A program made the translations under genes and the position numbers. This document shows, piece by piece, positions 17,173 to 27,284 of a stretch of 64,000 nt of DNA. This DNA comes from a virus, in the IMG/VR virus record IMGVR_UViG_3300025646_005470; one strand, 5' to 3'. The notes beneath the pieces were generated by a model. It was given only the letters and a program-made list of their open reading frames with translations, had not been told where the DNA came from and made no database searches. How positions within the stretch are numbered: position 1 is the first letter of the stretch; every line of letters starts with the position of its first letter.

Positions 17173-18976
17173 GATCTTTTGCAAATAGTTCTTTGTGTGT
17201 TTTATGGTCTATAGTTTCTATATCCGTTGCAAAAGACGTAAATCCATTTTCTTTAACTACATTAAGTACATTAGAGCATCTTGATGTTAATTCATCTCTA
17301 TGTGAAATAAGGAAAATATTCTTACCGCCTTCTCTAGACATTTTTTTCAATACACCCATTGCTGACTCAACACCCATAGTGTCCATGCCACTGTCTACAA
17401 GCTCGTCAATAAACAACAGGTTTACAGATGTATTCATAGATTCATATACATCTCTAAATGCCCAACTTAATCCTAGGATTAATCTATTGCGTTCACCTCG
17501 AGAAAGATTATCAAAATCTAACTCTCTACCTAATTCAGTAATTTCTACAGTTAGGTCTGATTTAAATACCACTTCATGTGGTAATCCAATTTTATCTAAG
17601 TAGTAGTTTAATCTTGAATTCAAATATAACAAGTTTTGATCAATAATTTTTTTACGTATAAATGAATCTTTTGATGTTAGTAATTTATATAAAAAGTCTT
17701 GATGATCTTTTAATTTTTGCAGTGCATTAATACGAGTGTAGTCTACTTCTTCTATGTTTTTAGATTTTAATTCGTCAATTTGTTCTGTGTGTGGATTTTC
17801 TTTTTGTTTTTCATTTTCTAATTGACTCTTTAGTTCAGCAAGATTTTGTCTATGATCATATGCTTCATCAGAAGAACTATATGCTGTTTCTGGTCTTGCA
17901 CCCAATTCACCTTGTTCACTAATTTGTTTTTTAATTGATTCTATTGTATCTAGTATTTGTTTTTGTTCTTCTATCTTATTAGTATGTTCTTGTTTGATAT
18001 CTTCAACTAGTTGATCATGTTTATCAGTGTGTAATTCTTGTTCACACATAGGACATTCTTTACCTTCTAGTTTTGTTAATTGTGAACTTAACGATTCTAT
18101 TAGTTTTTCTATTGACGATAAATTACTTTTATTAAAATTTAAATTTTGTTCATATGATTTAATTTTTTGCGAACGTTCTTGCCAATGTGCTAATAACTTA
18201 TGCTGTTGTATTTCTGAATCAATGTTAATTTTTTCCAATTCTTTTATACCATGTGTAAGTTCTGCTATTGATTTTTTGTGTGATTCTTCCCAACTAATAC
18301 TTCTAATTTGAAACTTACGAATAGTTTCTTCAATTTTTTCGTTTGAAATTTTTACCTGTTCTAATCGTACTTGTTCAGTTTTCATATCGTCATTGGTTTC
18401 ACGCATTAGCTCTTTTAAACGTTCTGCTTTTTCACTTAAACGAGATATACCCAAAAGTTCTTCAATAATAGCACGTTGCTCATTTGCTTTCATAGCCAAG
18501 AAAGGCTCAGTATAAGTGTTAAGGGCAACTATGTGTTTAAACATTGTGTGGCTCATGTCAAAAACCCTTAACACTTCTTCCTGAGTAAGCCTATTTTCGC
18601 CTTGAGCTTCGTCAGTTCCTTGCTCATTAACAATAGAGTCATCAACAATAAACTGAAACTTGTTAGGCTTACGACCTCTTTCTATTCTGTAACGGTGTCC
18701 GTCTCTTTCAAAGTCAACAGTAACTAACATGTTTTTATTGTTGGTTTTGTTAACCAAATTATCCTTGCGGATATTTGTTAGAGCTTGACCGTATACAGCA
18801 TAACTAAGAGCATTTATAAGTGTGGTTTTACCTGTGCCGTTTCGCGAGCCTTCGCCTCCAAGATCCATATTGTTACCAAGTACCAATGTTAATCCATCGT
18901 GTGCAAAGTTTACAGCCTGTGTGGTGTTACCTACACTCATAAAATTTTTAATAGTAATGTTTTTGATTTTTATCAT
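17147..18976 (-). CDS. gp46: Recombination endonuclease ATPase subunit (gp46/SbcC/Rad50)
   Basis: Walker A NGTGKTT, zinc hook CPMC, signature LSRGE, Walker B FIDE, ISH. Confidence 0.96.
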   Translation of the reverse strand: MIKIKNITIKNFMSVGNTTQAVNFAHDGLTLVLGNNMDLGGEGSRNGTGKTTLINALSYAVYGQALTNIRKDNLVNKTNNKNMLVTVDFERDGHRYRIERGRKPNKFQFIVDDSIVNEQGTDEAQGENRLTQEEVLRVFDMSHTMFKHIVALNTYTEPFLAMKANEQRAIIEELLGISRLSEKAERLKELMRETNDDMKTEQVRLEQVKISNEKIEETIRKFQIRSISWEESHKKSIAELTHGIKELEKINIDSEIQQHKLLAHWQERSQKIKSYEQNLNFNKSNLSSIEKLIESLSSQLTKLEGKECPMCEQELHTDKHDQLVEDIKQEHTNKIEEQKQILDTIESIKKQISEQGELGARPETAYSSSDEAYDHRQNLAELKSQLENEKQKENPHTEQIDELKSKNIEEVDYTRINALQKLKDHQDFLYKLLTSKDSFIRKKIIDQNLLYLNSRLNYYLDKIGLPHEVVFKSDLTVEITELGRELDFDNLSRGERNRLILGLSWAFRDVYESMNTSVNLLFIDELVDSGMDTMGVESAMGVLKKMSREGGKNIFLISHRDELTSRCSNVLNVVKENGFTSFATDIETIDHKTHKELFAKDHEYDTVSA

Positions 18977-19986
18977 AGTCTATTGTATAACTCTACTAGT
19001 ACTGCATTATCAAAAGAATCTGATTCGATTTTTGCTAGTTGATTAGTTACAATTTGATCAACTGATTCAAATATAACTTCACCTTGAACATCCTGTGCAT
19101 GTTCTTCTTTCTTTTGTGGTATAAGAGCAAGATCTCTTATTTGATAATTTTGTGCAAAGTTTTCTTTGATAAAGTTTGCTTCTTCATATGAAATGTCTAA
19201 GTCTACTTTTACCCTAATGTATGAATTTGGTTCTAGCACTGTTTCTGGATCCTCAAGCAACTTACTTAAATCAATTGATCTATACTTTGGTGCATCTGGC
19301 CATATTTTATATTCTGGTTGTTTATCCCATTCAAGGAACATAGCACCTCTGTCATCATCCCATACATCAGCAAAGTTGTGCGGGAAAGGATTACCAATAT
19401 AAGATATGTTACCTGAATGTTGTCTTTTGTGAAAGTGTCCAGTAAACACATGTCCTGCATTTTTAAAATGATCACTTCTTATTGTACCAATGTCTGGCAT
19501 TTCTACCATAGCATTCATTTTAAAGTGTGGCAATTCAAAATGTCCAAACATATACTTGCATTTTACTTTTTGTACTTTTTTCCATTCATCACCTACTAAC
19601 CATGGAATAATAGCAACATCATCTTTGACTATCCATTCGTTGACTACTTGAATATTTGTAACTTCGTTAGCAAAAACCACTGACGATATTTCACGTTTAT
19701 CTCTGTAAAACAGATCATGATTGCCAACAATAAAATAAACTTTTTCAAATGCTTGACCTAGTCTTTTTAGATTAGACACAGAATAGTTTAGTGTTGATAC
19801 ATTAACACTTGATCGTTGGTGATGCCAATCACCTAAAAATATACAAGTTTCAGAACCACGTTTTTTTGCTTCATCGATAAACCAAGTAACAAAGTTTTCA
19901 CAATCAATATTATGCTGACGTGCATTATTTTTCATACCAAAGTGTATGTCTGTAAAGCAGGCCGCTTTGTTAAAAAACTGTGCCAT
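18973..19986 (-). CDS. gp47: Recombination endonuclease nuclease subunit (gp47/SbcD/Mre11)
   Basis: DIHFG, FLGDWHH, VGNHD, GHFE, TGHFH. Confidence 0.96.
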   Translation of the reverse strand: MAQFFNKAACFTDIHFGMKNNARQHNIDCENFVTWFIDEAKKRGSETCIFLGDWHHQRSSVNVSTLNYSVSNLKRLGQAFEKVYFIVGNHDLFYRDKREISSVVFANEVTNIQVVNEWIVKDDVAIIPWLVGDEWKKVQKVKCKYMFGHFELPHFKMNAMVEMPDIGTIRSDHFKNAGHVFTGHFHKRQHSGNISYIGNPFPHNFADVWDDDRGAMFLEWDKQPEYKIWPDAPKYRSIDLSKLLEDPETVLEPNSYIRVKVDLDISYEEANFIKENFAQNYQIRDLALIPQKKEEHAQDVQGEVIFESVDQIVTNQLAKIESDSFDNAVLVELYNRL

Positions 19987-19987
19987 A

Positions 19988-20803
19988 TTAACTTTCTTCT
20001 TTTTGTGCTTGTTCTACGTTTGCTAGTTCTTCAGAGTTTTTCATTTGTCTAGTTAGTGACGGCATAGCACCTGCTTGTTCAAGTAAGTCGTCACGTAGAT
20101 TTTGATTTTTCTTTTCCATATTTAAAACTCTTGTAAATGAATTTGTAATAGTTGCTGTATAGTAAGCAAATGGATTTTGTGATTTAGATTCATCAAACTG
20201 TAGACCAATTTGTGAAAGTTGTAGTAGTGCTTGTCCTTGCATTTCATCATTGTAGGTATAGCCACGCCAATTTGCTCTTGTGCCATATCGCTGACAAAGT
20301 TTAATAAACATGTTTGCTAGTTTAGGTGTAATCTTACCATGATCTAAACTAAACTGATTGTGTCCAGCATGATGACTTCTACCAACTTCGTATGGTTTAT
20401 TGTTTTTATCTAATTTGTAATGTTTAAAAGGTGGAAAATTTAATTTAACTTTTGTATCTGCTATGTTTTTTGGATTTAGTTTACGACCTTCTTCGTCTGG
20501 AATATGATCGTAGGTCATAACTCTAAACACAAGATCAGTTACAGGAATATTCAAATGATCTTCTCTATACTCATCATATTGAGATCTTTTTAATTCAAGT
20601 TCTTCAACCTTAGATTGAAGCATACGATCAGCTCTGTTTTTACGTGCTTGTGATATTGAAAGTCTGTTGATCTTAGCAACATCACTTAGAATCATGTCAT
20701 AATCTGCATATTCTGGCTTTTTATAAAAACAATAAGAGTTTTTACTCTTGTGTATTTCAGCCAACATGTCTTTGTTGTTTAGATAATTTATTCTTTTTGC
20801 CAC
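19988..20803 (-). CDS. gp55: Late-transcription sigma factor, gp55 family (probable GTG start 20803)
   Basis: NWRGYTYNDEM...LQFDESKSQNPFAYYT..ITNSF.RVL..EKK; gene order 55-47-46. Confidence 0.9.
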   Translation of the reverse strand: MAKRINYLNNKDMLAEIHKSKNSYCFYKKPEYADYDMILSDVAKINRLSISQARKNRADRMLQSKVEELELKRSQYDEYREDHLNIPVTDLVFRVMTYDHIPDEEGRKLNPKNIADTKVKLNFPPFKHYKLDKNNKPYEVGRSHHAGHNQFSLDHGKITPKLANMFIKLCQRYGTRANWRGYTYNDEMQGQALLQLSQIGLQFDESKSQNPFAYYTATITNSFTRVLNMEKKNQNLRDDLLEQAGAMPSLTRQMKNSEELANVEQAQKEES

Positions 20804-20828
20804 ACTATAATTCCTTGTATATTTAATA

Positions 20829-20857
20829 ATAATACAGCATATACAACCTAAAGTCAA
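20829..20857 (-). promoter_or_regulatory. sigma70 promoter TTGACT-N17-TATTAT for the gp55-47-46 operon
   Basis: AGTCAA 20852-20857 and ATAATA 20829-20834. Confidence 0.7.
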
Positions 20858-20923
20858 GTGTATTTTTTAGTTAAATACTCAGTTAATTATTTCAATAAAT
20901 AATACTATAACTAGGATATTAAA

Positions 20924-21607
20924 ATGGCAAAAGATTACAGAGCAAAAATTCAACCTATAGGTAAAACCAATGATGCTATGCAGTTGATTCTTGGACCAAA
21001 TAATTCAAGTAACATATTACAACCATTATGGAAAACCCAAGGAGTAATGTTTCCGTATACACCAATGATTCAAGTTCAACATGCCACTGTAAACTATGGC
21101 CAATACGATTTAGCTCATACGAACTACGATTATTTTGCATATCAAAGAACATCATCACCAACAGCGACAGTAACTGGAGTGTTTGGAGCTCACACACAAG
21201 AAGAAGCAGAATATTTAATGGCTGTCATACATTTTTTTAGGGTGGTTACAAAATCAAATTTTGGAATACAAGATGTTAACAAAGGAACACCTCCACCTAA
21301 ATTGGCCTTTAGTGCTTATGGCGATGCTATGTTTAATCGTACTCCTGTGTATATTAGAACTGTAGCATTTGGTTTAGATCAAGATGTTGACTATGTTCCT
21401 GTAAGACATTTTAGTAATAGATATGATCAAAGACAAGTAGCAACAGGAAGCGAAGAACTTGATAGTATGCTTAAAAATTCATATGTGCCTTTGGTACTAA
21501 ACATATTTGTTGATATTGTAGTGGCACCAAATCCAAGTGCTATTCGAGATGAATTTAATCTTGAAGAATTTAGAAAAGGCAAATTATTAAATAAAGGATA
21601 CTATTAA
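20924..21607 (+). CDS. Baseplate/tail-tube junction protein (gp48/gp54-like)
   Basis: GVMFPYTP.I, FFRVVTKSNFG, GTPPP.L.FSAYG..F; late promoter ATAAATA 20895-20901; precedes gp53. Confidence 0.55.
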   Translation: MAKDYRAKIQPIGKTNDAMQLILGPNNSSNILQPLWKTQGVMFPYTPMIQVQHATVNYGQYDLAHTNYDYFAYQRTSSPTATVTGVFGAHTQEEAEYLMAVIHFFRVVTKSNFGIQDVNKGTPPPKLAFSAYGDAMFNRTPVYIRTVAFGLDQDVDYVPVRHFSNRYDQRQVATGSEELDSMLKNSYVPLVLNIFVDIVVAPNPSAIRDEFNLEEFRKGKLLNKGYY

Positions 21608-21891
21608 TGGCCACTTACAACAAACAAAGTCCCTATAGCAAAACTTCAAAAATAGGCGACTATCTTGGTTTAATGAATTATCGATCAGTAATTAACGATG
21701 ATTCGGATGAAACATATACTATCGAATCACGTTATGATATGCGTCCAGATCTATTAGCATATGATCGTTTTGGCAGTTCTAGATACTGGTGGCTGTTTGC
21801 TATGAGAAACAAAAATACAATAATTGATCCTATACAAGATTTTAGAACAGGTGTTACAATTAGAATTCCAAAAATAGAAAACGTGAGGTAA
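21607..21891 (+). CDS. gp53: Baseplate wedge subunit, gp53-like (LysM-like)
   Basis: Y.I..RYDMRPDLLAYDRFGSSRYWWLF..RN. Confidence 0.8.
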   Translation: MATYNKQSPYSKTSKIGDYLGLMNYRSVINDDSDETYTIESRYDMRPDLLAYDRFGSSRYWWLFAMRNKNTIIDPIQDFRTGVTIRIPKIENVR

Positions 21892-21895
21892 CATT

Positions 21896-24835
21896 ATGGC
21901 CGGCGTGGTAAAAAATTACAATCAAAGAATAAAAGAAAAAAATAGTAAAGATCCTAGTACAGATCCTAATTGGCAAAAACCAAATCTTAATAGTTTTAAT
22001 AAAACTCCATCAGTTGAATATGAAGATCGTTATAACATGAGTGATAACGACACCATGTATGATTGGAAATTTAAGCAATTAGTAAATGAACAAGATAGAA
22101 TACTAAAAGAAAATAGACTTATTAGGCAAGAACTTGAAGAAACGTCTGGTAGATCAGTTAATCCAAGATCACCAAATTATCTAAAATCAAAAAACCTAGA
22201 AAGCAAATTAAAAAGTAACAATCAAAAATATGAAAACATACACGATCAACAAATAGATCTTGTAGGTGAAAAAGATATCTATGAAAATTTTACTATGGCT
22301 CAGTATAAAAATTCTCTTAAAAAAGACAACCAAGGTAAATTCGTAAATCCTTTACAAACAACACCTAATTTATATGAGAGTAAAGAGTCGCCACCAGCAT
22401 TTGACGAAGTTAATGATTATTTTGTAAACGAAAACAATCAAAATAATAATCAAACTGCTATCGAACAAACTTTAACAGCAGATCAAAAAAATGCATTTGG
22501 CGGATACAAAAACAATAATCCTGGTTCTGGAGTGTTTGAAGGTGAAGGGGCAAAAGATGTAAATGATGCGGCGGCCGATTTTACAAAAATTAATGTTCCT
22601 ATTAGTAGTAACATACAAACCCAAGTACAACCTCAATATAAAGATCTTTTTAAAAGAAATATATTACACGATTATGATACTGTTACATATAACTTCCAAC
22701 TTTCAATGTTATCAGAGCAAGGAACTAGATCTGCTCAAGAACATATAATAAAAGCAAATTATTCTGGAGCAGGATGGTCAAAATGGTCATCTAATAATTT
22801 TGATAAAATAATTATTGCTGAAACTGGAAGCACAGTTCTTAGTATTGCTGATGCACAAATAAATGCTGTAGCAGGGCCAATCAATAACGGTAAAAGATTA
22901 ACCGGTGCTGTAGATTTTCAATTGAATATCGTGCAACCACTAAATGCTTCTTTCACAGACACTTTAGTGAATGCGGCTATGGCTTTGGGTTTGCCAGATG
23001 GATTAAAAGCAACATATCTTTTAGAATTAAAATTTATTGGTAGAGATCCAGAAACTGGAGATATAGTAGATCCAATTCCAACAACTCAGCGACAATTTTT
23101 AATTGAAATTATTGCTGTTGAAGCCACAGTTGATACTAGAGGAGCGTCATACAATGTACGAGCTGTTAGAGCCGGTGACAAAGGCATGATGCAAAATACA
23201 TATCAAACTGACCGTCCTGTACAATTAGTAAATTTAAAAACTGTAAATGATCTAATTAAATCCACAGCAGAAACAATGAATTTAAATGAGTTAGATAAGT
23301 TAGCTATTGAAAAAGGTATTTTAGATGAATACTATATTAAATTAGACGATTATGCTTCAGCCTCAATTGGCAACGATCCTATATTAGACACTGAAACATT
23401 AGAAAAAGTTCTTACAAATAAATCATTTGATGAAAAAGATGATTCACAATTTAAAATGTTTAGAATTGCACAAGGAACAAGTATTGATAGAATTATTGAA
23501 TTTGGTATTTCCCATTCAAAAAAATTACAAAAACTTGCTAAAGGTTTAAAAGATGATGCTGATGCTGACTCATCAAATTCAGACGACATTGACAAATATG
23601 TAAAACGCATATTTAAAATTAAAGTTGACACAAAAAATATTGCATGGGATGTTCTTAGAAATGATTATGCTAGAGAATATCATTATACAATTTCTTTATT
23701 TCCAACTATAAGACCTGAAATATTACCAGGTGTTTGGGGTGACTGGAGTAAGGTAGCTGAAGAAAAAATCAAAGCATTAATAAATGGAGATCTAGGAGAA
23801 AGCAAATCTAGACCATACAAAGCACTAAGCAAAAGATATGATTATTTGTTTACAGGATTAAATGATAAAGTTTTAAGGTTTGATATAAAATATAACAATC
23901 AGTTTTTCTTTGCCTTACACAGTTATAGGGGAATATACTCAAAACTATCTAATGATGTTAAAGATAAAATTACAAAAACTTCGTCAACTCTTACTAAATT
24001 TAAAGAACAACAAAAAACACTAAGATCTGCATGGTCAGAATATTTAAGTGCTAAATCAGATAACATTGGTGCTTCCGATGAAACAAAAGAAAAAGCCTTA
24101 GGACCTGCTTGGGATAAGTTTGCATCTGAAAGAACAGAACTAATCAACTTATATGTTGAAGGGGTTGAAAATAATACGTTTGAAGGTGATGTTGAAACTG
24201 CTAGAGGATTGCAACTTACTGATGCCGCTGGCCCTTTCCAAACTAATAAAAAAACATTAAGCAAGAATAGTATGGACAACGAATACTCAACTGATCCAAT
24301 TTTAAATCAATCATTGTTAAAAAACTATGCAGAACTAATAGATAGAGAACAAGTTGTTAATGCTATCGAGGCATCAGAAAAACCATTTCAAATTATGTGG
24401 GGAGCGATACCAGATGATTTTCGAGGAAACTTTAATAATGAAGATGGTAGTCCAGGTAAAGGACATTTAGATGCTGTGATTGAAGCATCGTTGGCTGATT
24501 TTGAAGCAGATTTAGTTTCTATGGATATGGACATAAAAGGTGACCCTTTTTGGTTAGAATCTGAAAGAGATTTTGATAACGAAGATACAGCAAGTTTATA
24601 TGAAGGTGAAAACTATCTATTATTTAGAGCAATTACCAGCGCCGGAGAACCTGATCCCGAAACTGGATTAGCAAATCCTAATAGAGAAGGAAAAGAACAA
24701 ATGCTGAATGGTGTGTATGCTGTGGTTCAAATTAATAACTCTTTTACAGGCGGGCAATTTATACAAAATATTAAAGGTGTTAAAGAAGCATTTATCACAG
24801 ACATAAGTATATTAGAGCAATTTAAGGAAAAATAA
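21896..24835 (+). CDS. Baseplate hub protein (gp27-like position)
   Basis: Between gp53 and gp5; N.LHDYD..TYNF.L near residue 255; IKGDPFWL and F.Q...G.. near the C-terminus. Confidence 0.6.
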   Translation: MAGVVKNYNQRIKEKNSKDPSTDPNWQKPNLNSFNKTPSVEYEDRYNMSDNDTMYDWKFKQLVNEQDRILKENRLIRQELEETSGRSVNPRSPNYLKSKNLESKLKSNNQKYENIHDQQIDLVGEKDIYENFTMAQYKNSLKKDNQGKFVNPLQTTPNLYESKESPPAFDEVNDYFVNENNQNNNQTAIEQTLTADQKNAFGGYKNNNPGSGVFEGEGAKDVNDAAADFTKINVPISSNIQTQVQPQYKDLFKRNILHDYDTVTYNFQLSMLSEQGTRSAQEHIIKANYSGAGWSKWSSNNFDKIIIAETGSTVLSIADAQINAVAGPINNGKRLTGAVDFQLNIVQPLNASFTDTLVNAAMALGLPDGLKATYLLELKFIGRDPETGDIVDPIPTTQRQFLIEIIAVEATVDTRGASYNVRAVRAGDKGMMQNTYQTDRPVQLVNLKTVNDLIKSTAETMNLNELDKLAIEKGILDEYYIKLDDYASASIGNDPILDTETLEKVLTNKSFDEKDDSQFKMFRIAQGTSIDRIIEFGISHSKKLQKLAKGLKDDADADSSNSDDIDKYVKRIFKIKVDTKNIAWDVLRNDYAREYHYTISLFPTIRPEILPGVWGDWSKVAEEKIKALINGDLGESKSRPYKALSKRYDYLFTGLNDKVLRFDIKYNNQFFFALHSYRGIYSKLSNDVKDKITKTSSTLTKFKEQQKTLRSAWSEYLSAKSDNIGASDETKEKALGPAWDKFASERTELINLYVEGVENNTFEGDVETARGLQLTDAAGPFQTNKKTLSKNSMDNEYSTDPILNQSLLKNYAELIDREQVVNAIEASEKPFQIMWGAIPDDFRGNFNNEDGSPGKGHLDAVIEASLADFEADLVSMDMDIKGDPFWLESERDFDNEDTASLYEGENYLLFRAITSAGEPDPETGLANPNREGKEQMLNGVYAVVQINNSFTGGQFIQNIKGVKEAFITDISILEQFKEK

Positions 24836-24839
24836 TTAA

Positions 24840-26297
24840 ATGGCAACACATAAAACATCAGCAATATCTAGTATTAGAAATCCATTTTCTGATTCACAAA
24901 AAAAATTAGGTAACGTTTATACATACAACGGAATATACGAAGCCATAGTTATATCTAGTAAAGATGTACAAAAAAATGGTAGATTAAAAGTTAGACTAGT
25001 TAACAGTAATACCAATGTAGACTATGTAGAAGAAAACGATGCTCAAAGCTATTTAGATATTACAGTTCAATGGAGTTCACCATTTGCAGGTGCTACAAAT
25101 ATAAAAGATACAATAAGCACAGGAACAGCAACACTTCCAGGATCATCTGCAACAACTGACCCAGATAAAACATATGATGGAACTCAAAAAAGTTACGGCA
25201 TGTGGATGATTCCACCCGATATTGGTAACCGAGTATTGGTTATGTTTGTAAACGGAGATATTGCTAGAGGTATAGTAATTGGGTGTATGTATCAACCACT
25301 TATGAATCATATGGTTCCTGGTATTGCACGATCAAAAACATTTACTGCAAACGACGGAGAAACACTTGAAGTTCCTGTAGCAGAATATAACAAAGCAAGT
25401 GACGAAGCAAAAAATGTAGATTGGAAAACTAAAAGAGACAGTACTGGCCAAACACCTACAGATAATGTAAAACGTCCATCACATACTCCACATTTTAACG
25501 GATTGAAAGAACAAGGATTAGAACAGGATACTGTTAGAGGATTAACTAGTTCATCTGCAAGACGCGAATCACCATCACAAGTATTTGGTATCCTTACTCC
25601 AGGCGGTCATCAATTTGTAATGGATGATGCTGATCAAAAATTAGTGAGATTAAGAACCACATCAGGTGCTCAAATATTATTAGATGAATCCAACGGTAAT
25701 GTATACATTATTAATAAAAAAGGCACAGGTTGGGTTGAAATTGACGACAGTGGTAAAATAGATGTATGGGCTAACGATTCAATTAGCATACGTTCACACA
25801 AAGACATAAATTTACGTGCTGATAGAGATTTAAATATAGAATCAGGAAGAAATATTAATGTTAAAACACATCAAACAACTAGCGATAATCAACCTAGTGA
25901 TACTACAAATTTATTAGCTGGCATTGGTGCTTTTAATTTAGATATTGCTGGAGAATTAAATGTTAAATCTGGTAGTACAACAAAGATAACTTCTGGAAGT
26001 AATTTTAATCTAAATACAACAGGTGTAAATTTATTTACTGCTTCTGGCAATACATCAATTAAGAGTGGTGGTCAGCATATCGAAACTGCATCACAAATTC
26101 ATATGAATGGTCCAGCGGCCGCAGAAGCAACAATATTTAACGGGTTATCAGTTAAAGTCGATAGTGAAGGAAATTTGTATTTTACAAATACTCTCTATAC
26201 AAGAAACAGCGAAGGTAATAGAGAAACAGAAAAAGTAGGAACAATTCTAACAAGGTTCCCAACTAGAGAACCTTTTGCTAGAGAAACTTTTGAATAA
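24840..26297 (+). CDS. gp5: Baseplate hub/spike, gp5/VgrG-like (OB fold plus beta-helix)
   Basis: GRLKVRL, SYGMWMIPPDIGNRVLVMF, GHQFVMDD, beta-helix repeats, QIHMNGP. Confidence 0.8.
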   Translation: MATHKTSAISSIRNPFSDSQKKLGNVYTYNGIYEAIVISSKDVQKNGRLKVRLVNSNTNVDYVEENDAQSYLDITVQWSSPFAGATNIKDTISTGTATLPGSSATTDPDKTYDGTQKSYGMWMIPPDIGNRVLVMFVNGDIARGIVIGCMYQPLMNHMVPGIARSKTFTANDGETLEVPVAEYNKASDEAKNVDWKTKRDSTGQTPTDNVKRPSHTPHFNGLKEQGLEQDTVRGLTSSSARRESPSQVFGILTPGGHQFVMDDADQKLVRLRTTSGAQILLDESNGNVYIINKKGTGWVEIDDSGKIDVWANDSISIRSHKDINLRADRDLNIESGRNINVKTHQTTSDNQPSDTTNLLAGIGAFNLDIAGELNVKSGSTTKITSGSNFNLNTTGVNLFTASGNTSIKSGGQHIETASQIHMNGPAAAEATIFNGLSVKVDSEGNLYFTNTLYTRNSEGNRETEKVGTILTRFPTREPFARETFE

Positions 26298-26876
26298 TTA
26301 CCAACCAACACCTACAGGTGTTAGCATATATTGACCTTTATCATTAGTTACCTGCATACCATTTTCAATTTTTACTTTAGGATCTTTCATTAGTATCCAC
26401 TTACCTTCTGCAGATCTACAAGTAACACCTTGACTTTGCTCAATTCTTGCACCAATTTGTACTTCTTGAACAAATGATCGACATGGTACTTGACCATTTT
26501 CAATGTAGTAAGTATCAGTTACCATAATACCACCTTGTGTATTATTGTTAGGATTTGACCATCTTACTGCATGATGATCTGGAGCATATTCAAAAGTTTG
26601 ATATGCGGCCTGTTCATGTTTAAGAGTTTCATACTCATCTAATTGAGCACCTACATTTGATCCCCAATGTGATCCAAGTATAACACCCACAATAGTAGCA
26701 ATATCTTTACCTGTGCCTTTGCCAAATTGGTTACCAATTACACCACCTACTACTGCACCACCTAGTGTATAAGTGTCTTTTTTAGATATAGTTTGACCAG
26801 TTGTAGCAGTGCAATTTGTTAGCATTAATGCTAGAGTTCCAACTGCTAGTGTTTTTAAAAGATTTGATTTCATCAT
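26298..26876 (-). CDS. Lipoprotein with a glycine-zipper 2TM region and a Rickettsia 17-kDa-antigen-like C-terminal domain
   Basis: Signal peptide with lipobox LTNC; GGAVVGGVIGNQFGKGTG..ATIVGVILG; W.NP..CRSFVQEV.IG...G.TCR...G.W; SD AAAGGAG before 26876. Confidence 0.8.
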   Translation of the reverse strand: MMKSNLLKTLAVGTLALMLTNCTATTGQTISKKDTYTLGGAVVGGVIGNQFGKGTGKDIATIVGVILGSHWGSNVGAQLDEYETLKHEQAAYQTFEYAPDHHAVRWSNPNNNTQGGIMVTDTYYIENGQVPCRSFVQEVQIGARIEQSQGVTCRSAEGKWILMKDPKVKIENGMQVTNDKGQYMLTPVGVGW

Positions 26877-26890
26877 TTTCTCCTTTATTG

Positions 26891-26910
26891 GAGCCCCGTT
26901 TCCGGGGCTC
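26891..26910 (-). promoter_or_regulatory. Intercistronic GC stem-loop (GAAA loop on the - strand)
   Basis: GAGCCCCG-TTTC-CGGGGCTC; no U-tract on the - strand, so it may be a stabiliser or attenuator. Confidence 0.5.
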
Positions 26911-26920
26911 TTCAATAAAT

Positions 26921-27151
26921 TTATGCTACGTGTTGTGCTTTTAATTTTAAAGAAGATTTGTATTCTTCTTTAGTCATTGGCATTTCAAGTTTGATAAACT
27001 CTACTTTGCTAGTTTCATCAACTGGTTTGTAACCGTTGTTGATTAATACTTGAGCTCTGTTTTCAGGTTTGTTAGTAAATCTCATTACTTTTTTACCGTC
27101 AGCTCTTACTGCCTCTAGTACGTATGTGTACTTTGTGTTTATATCAGCCAT
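26921..27151 (-). CDS. Hypothetical protein (76 aa)
   Basis: SD GGAGG upstream; sigma70-like promoter at 27204-27231. Confidence 0.75.
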   Translation of the reverse strand: MADINTKYTYVLEAVRADGKKVMRFTNKPENRAQVLINNGYKPVDETSKVEFIKLEMPMTKEEYKSSLKLKAQHVA

Positions 27152-27203
27152 GTTAATTACACCTCCTGTTTGTTGTTATTGTTATTGTGTTTAACATAAT
27201 ACT

Positions 27204-27231
27204 AATATAACATAAAATAGGATATTGTCAA
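27204..27231 (-). promoter_or_regulatory. sigma70 promoter TTGACA-N16-(TGn)TATATT
   Basis: TGTCAA 27226-27231 and AATATA 27204-27209. Confidence 0.6.
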
Positions 27232-27284
27232 CCTCTTTTTGGCCATAAATTTATTGCTAAAAATGGAAGATTTTTAATAATACT

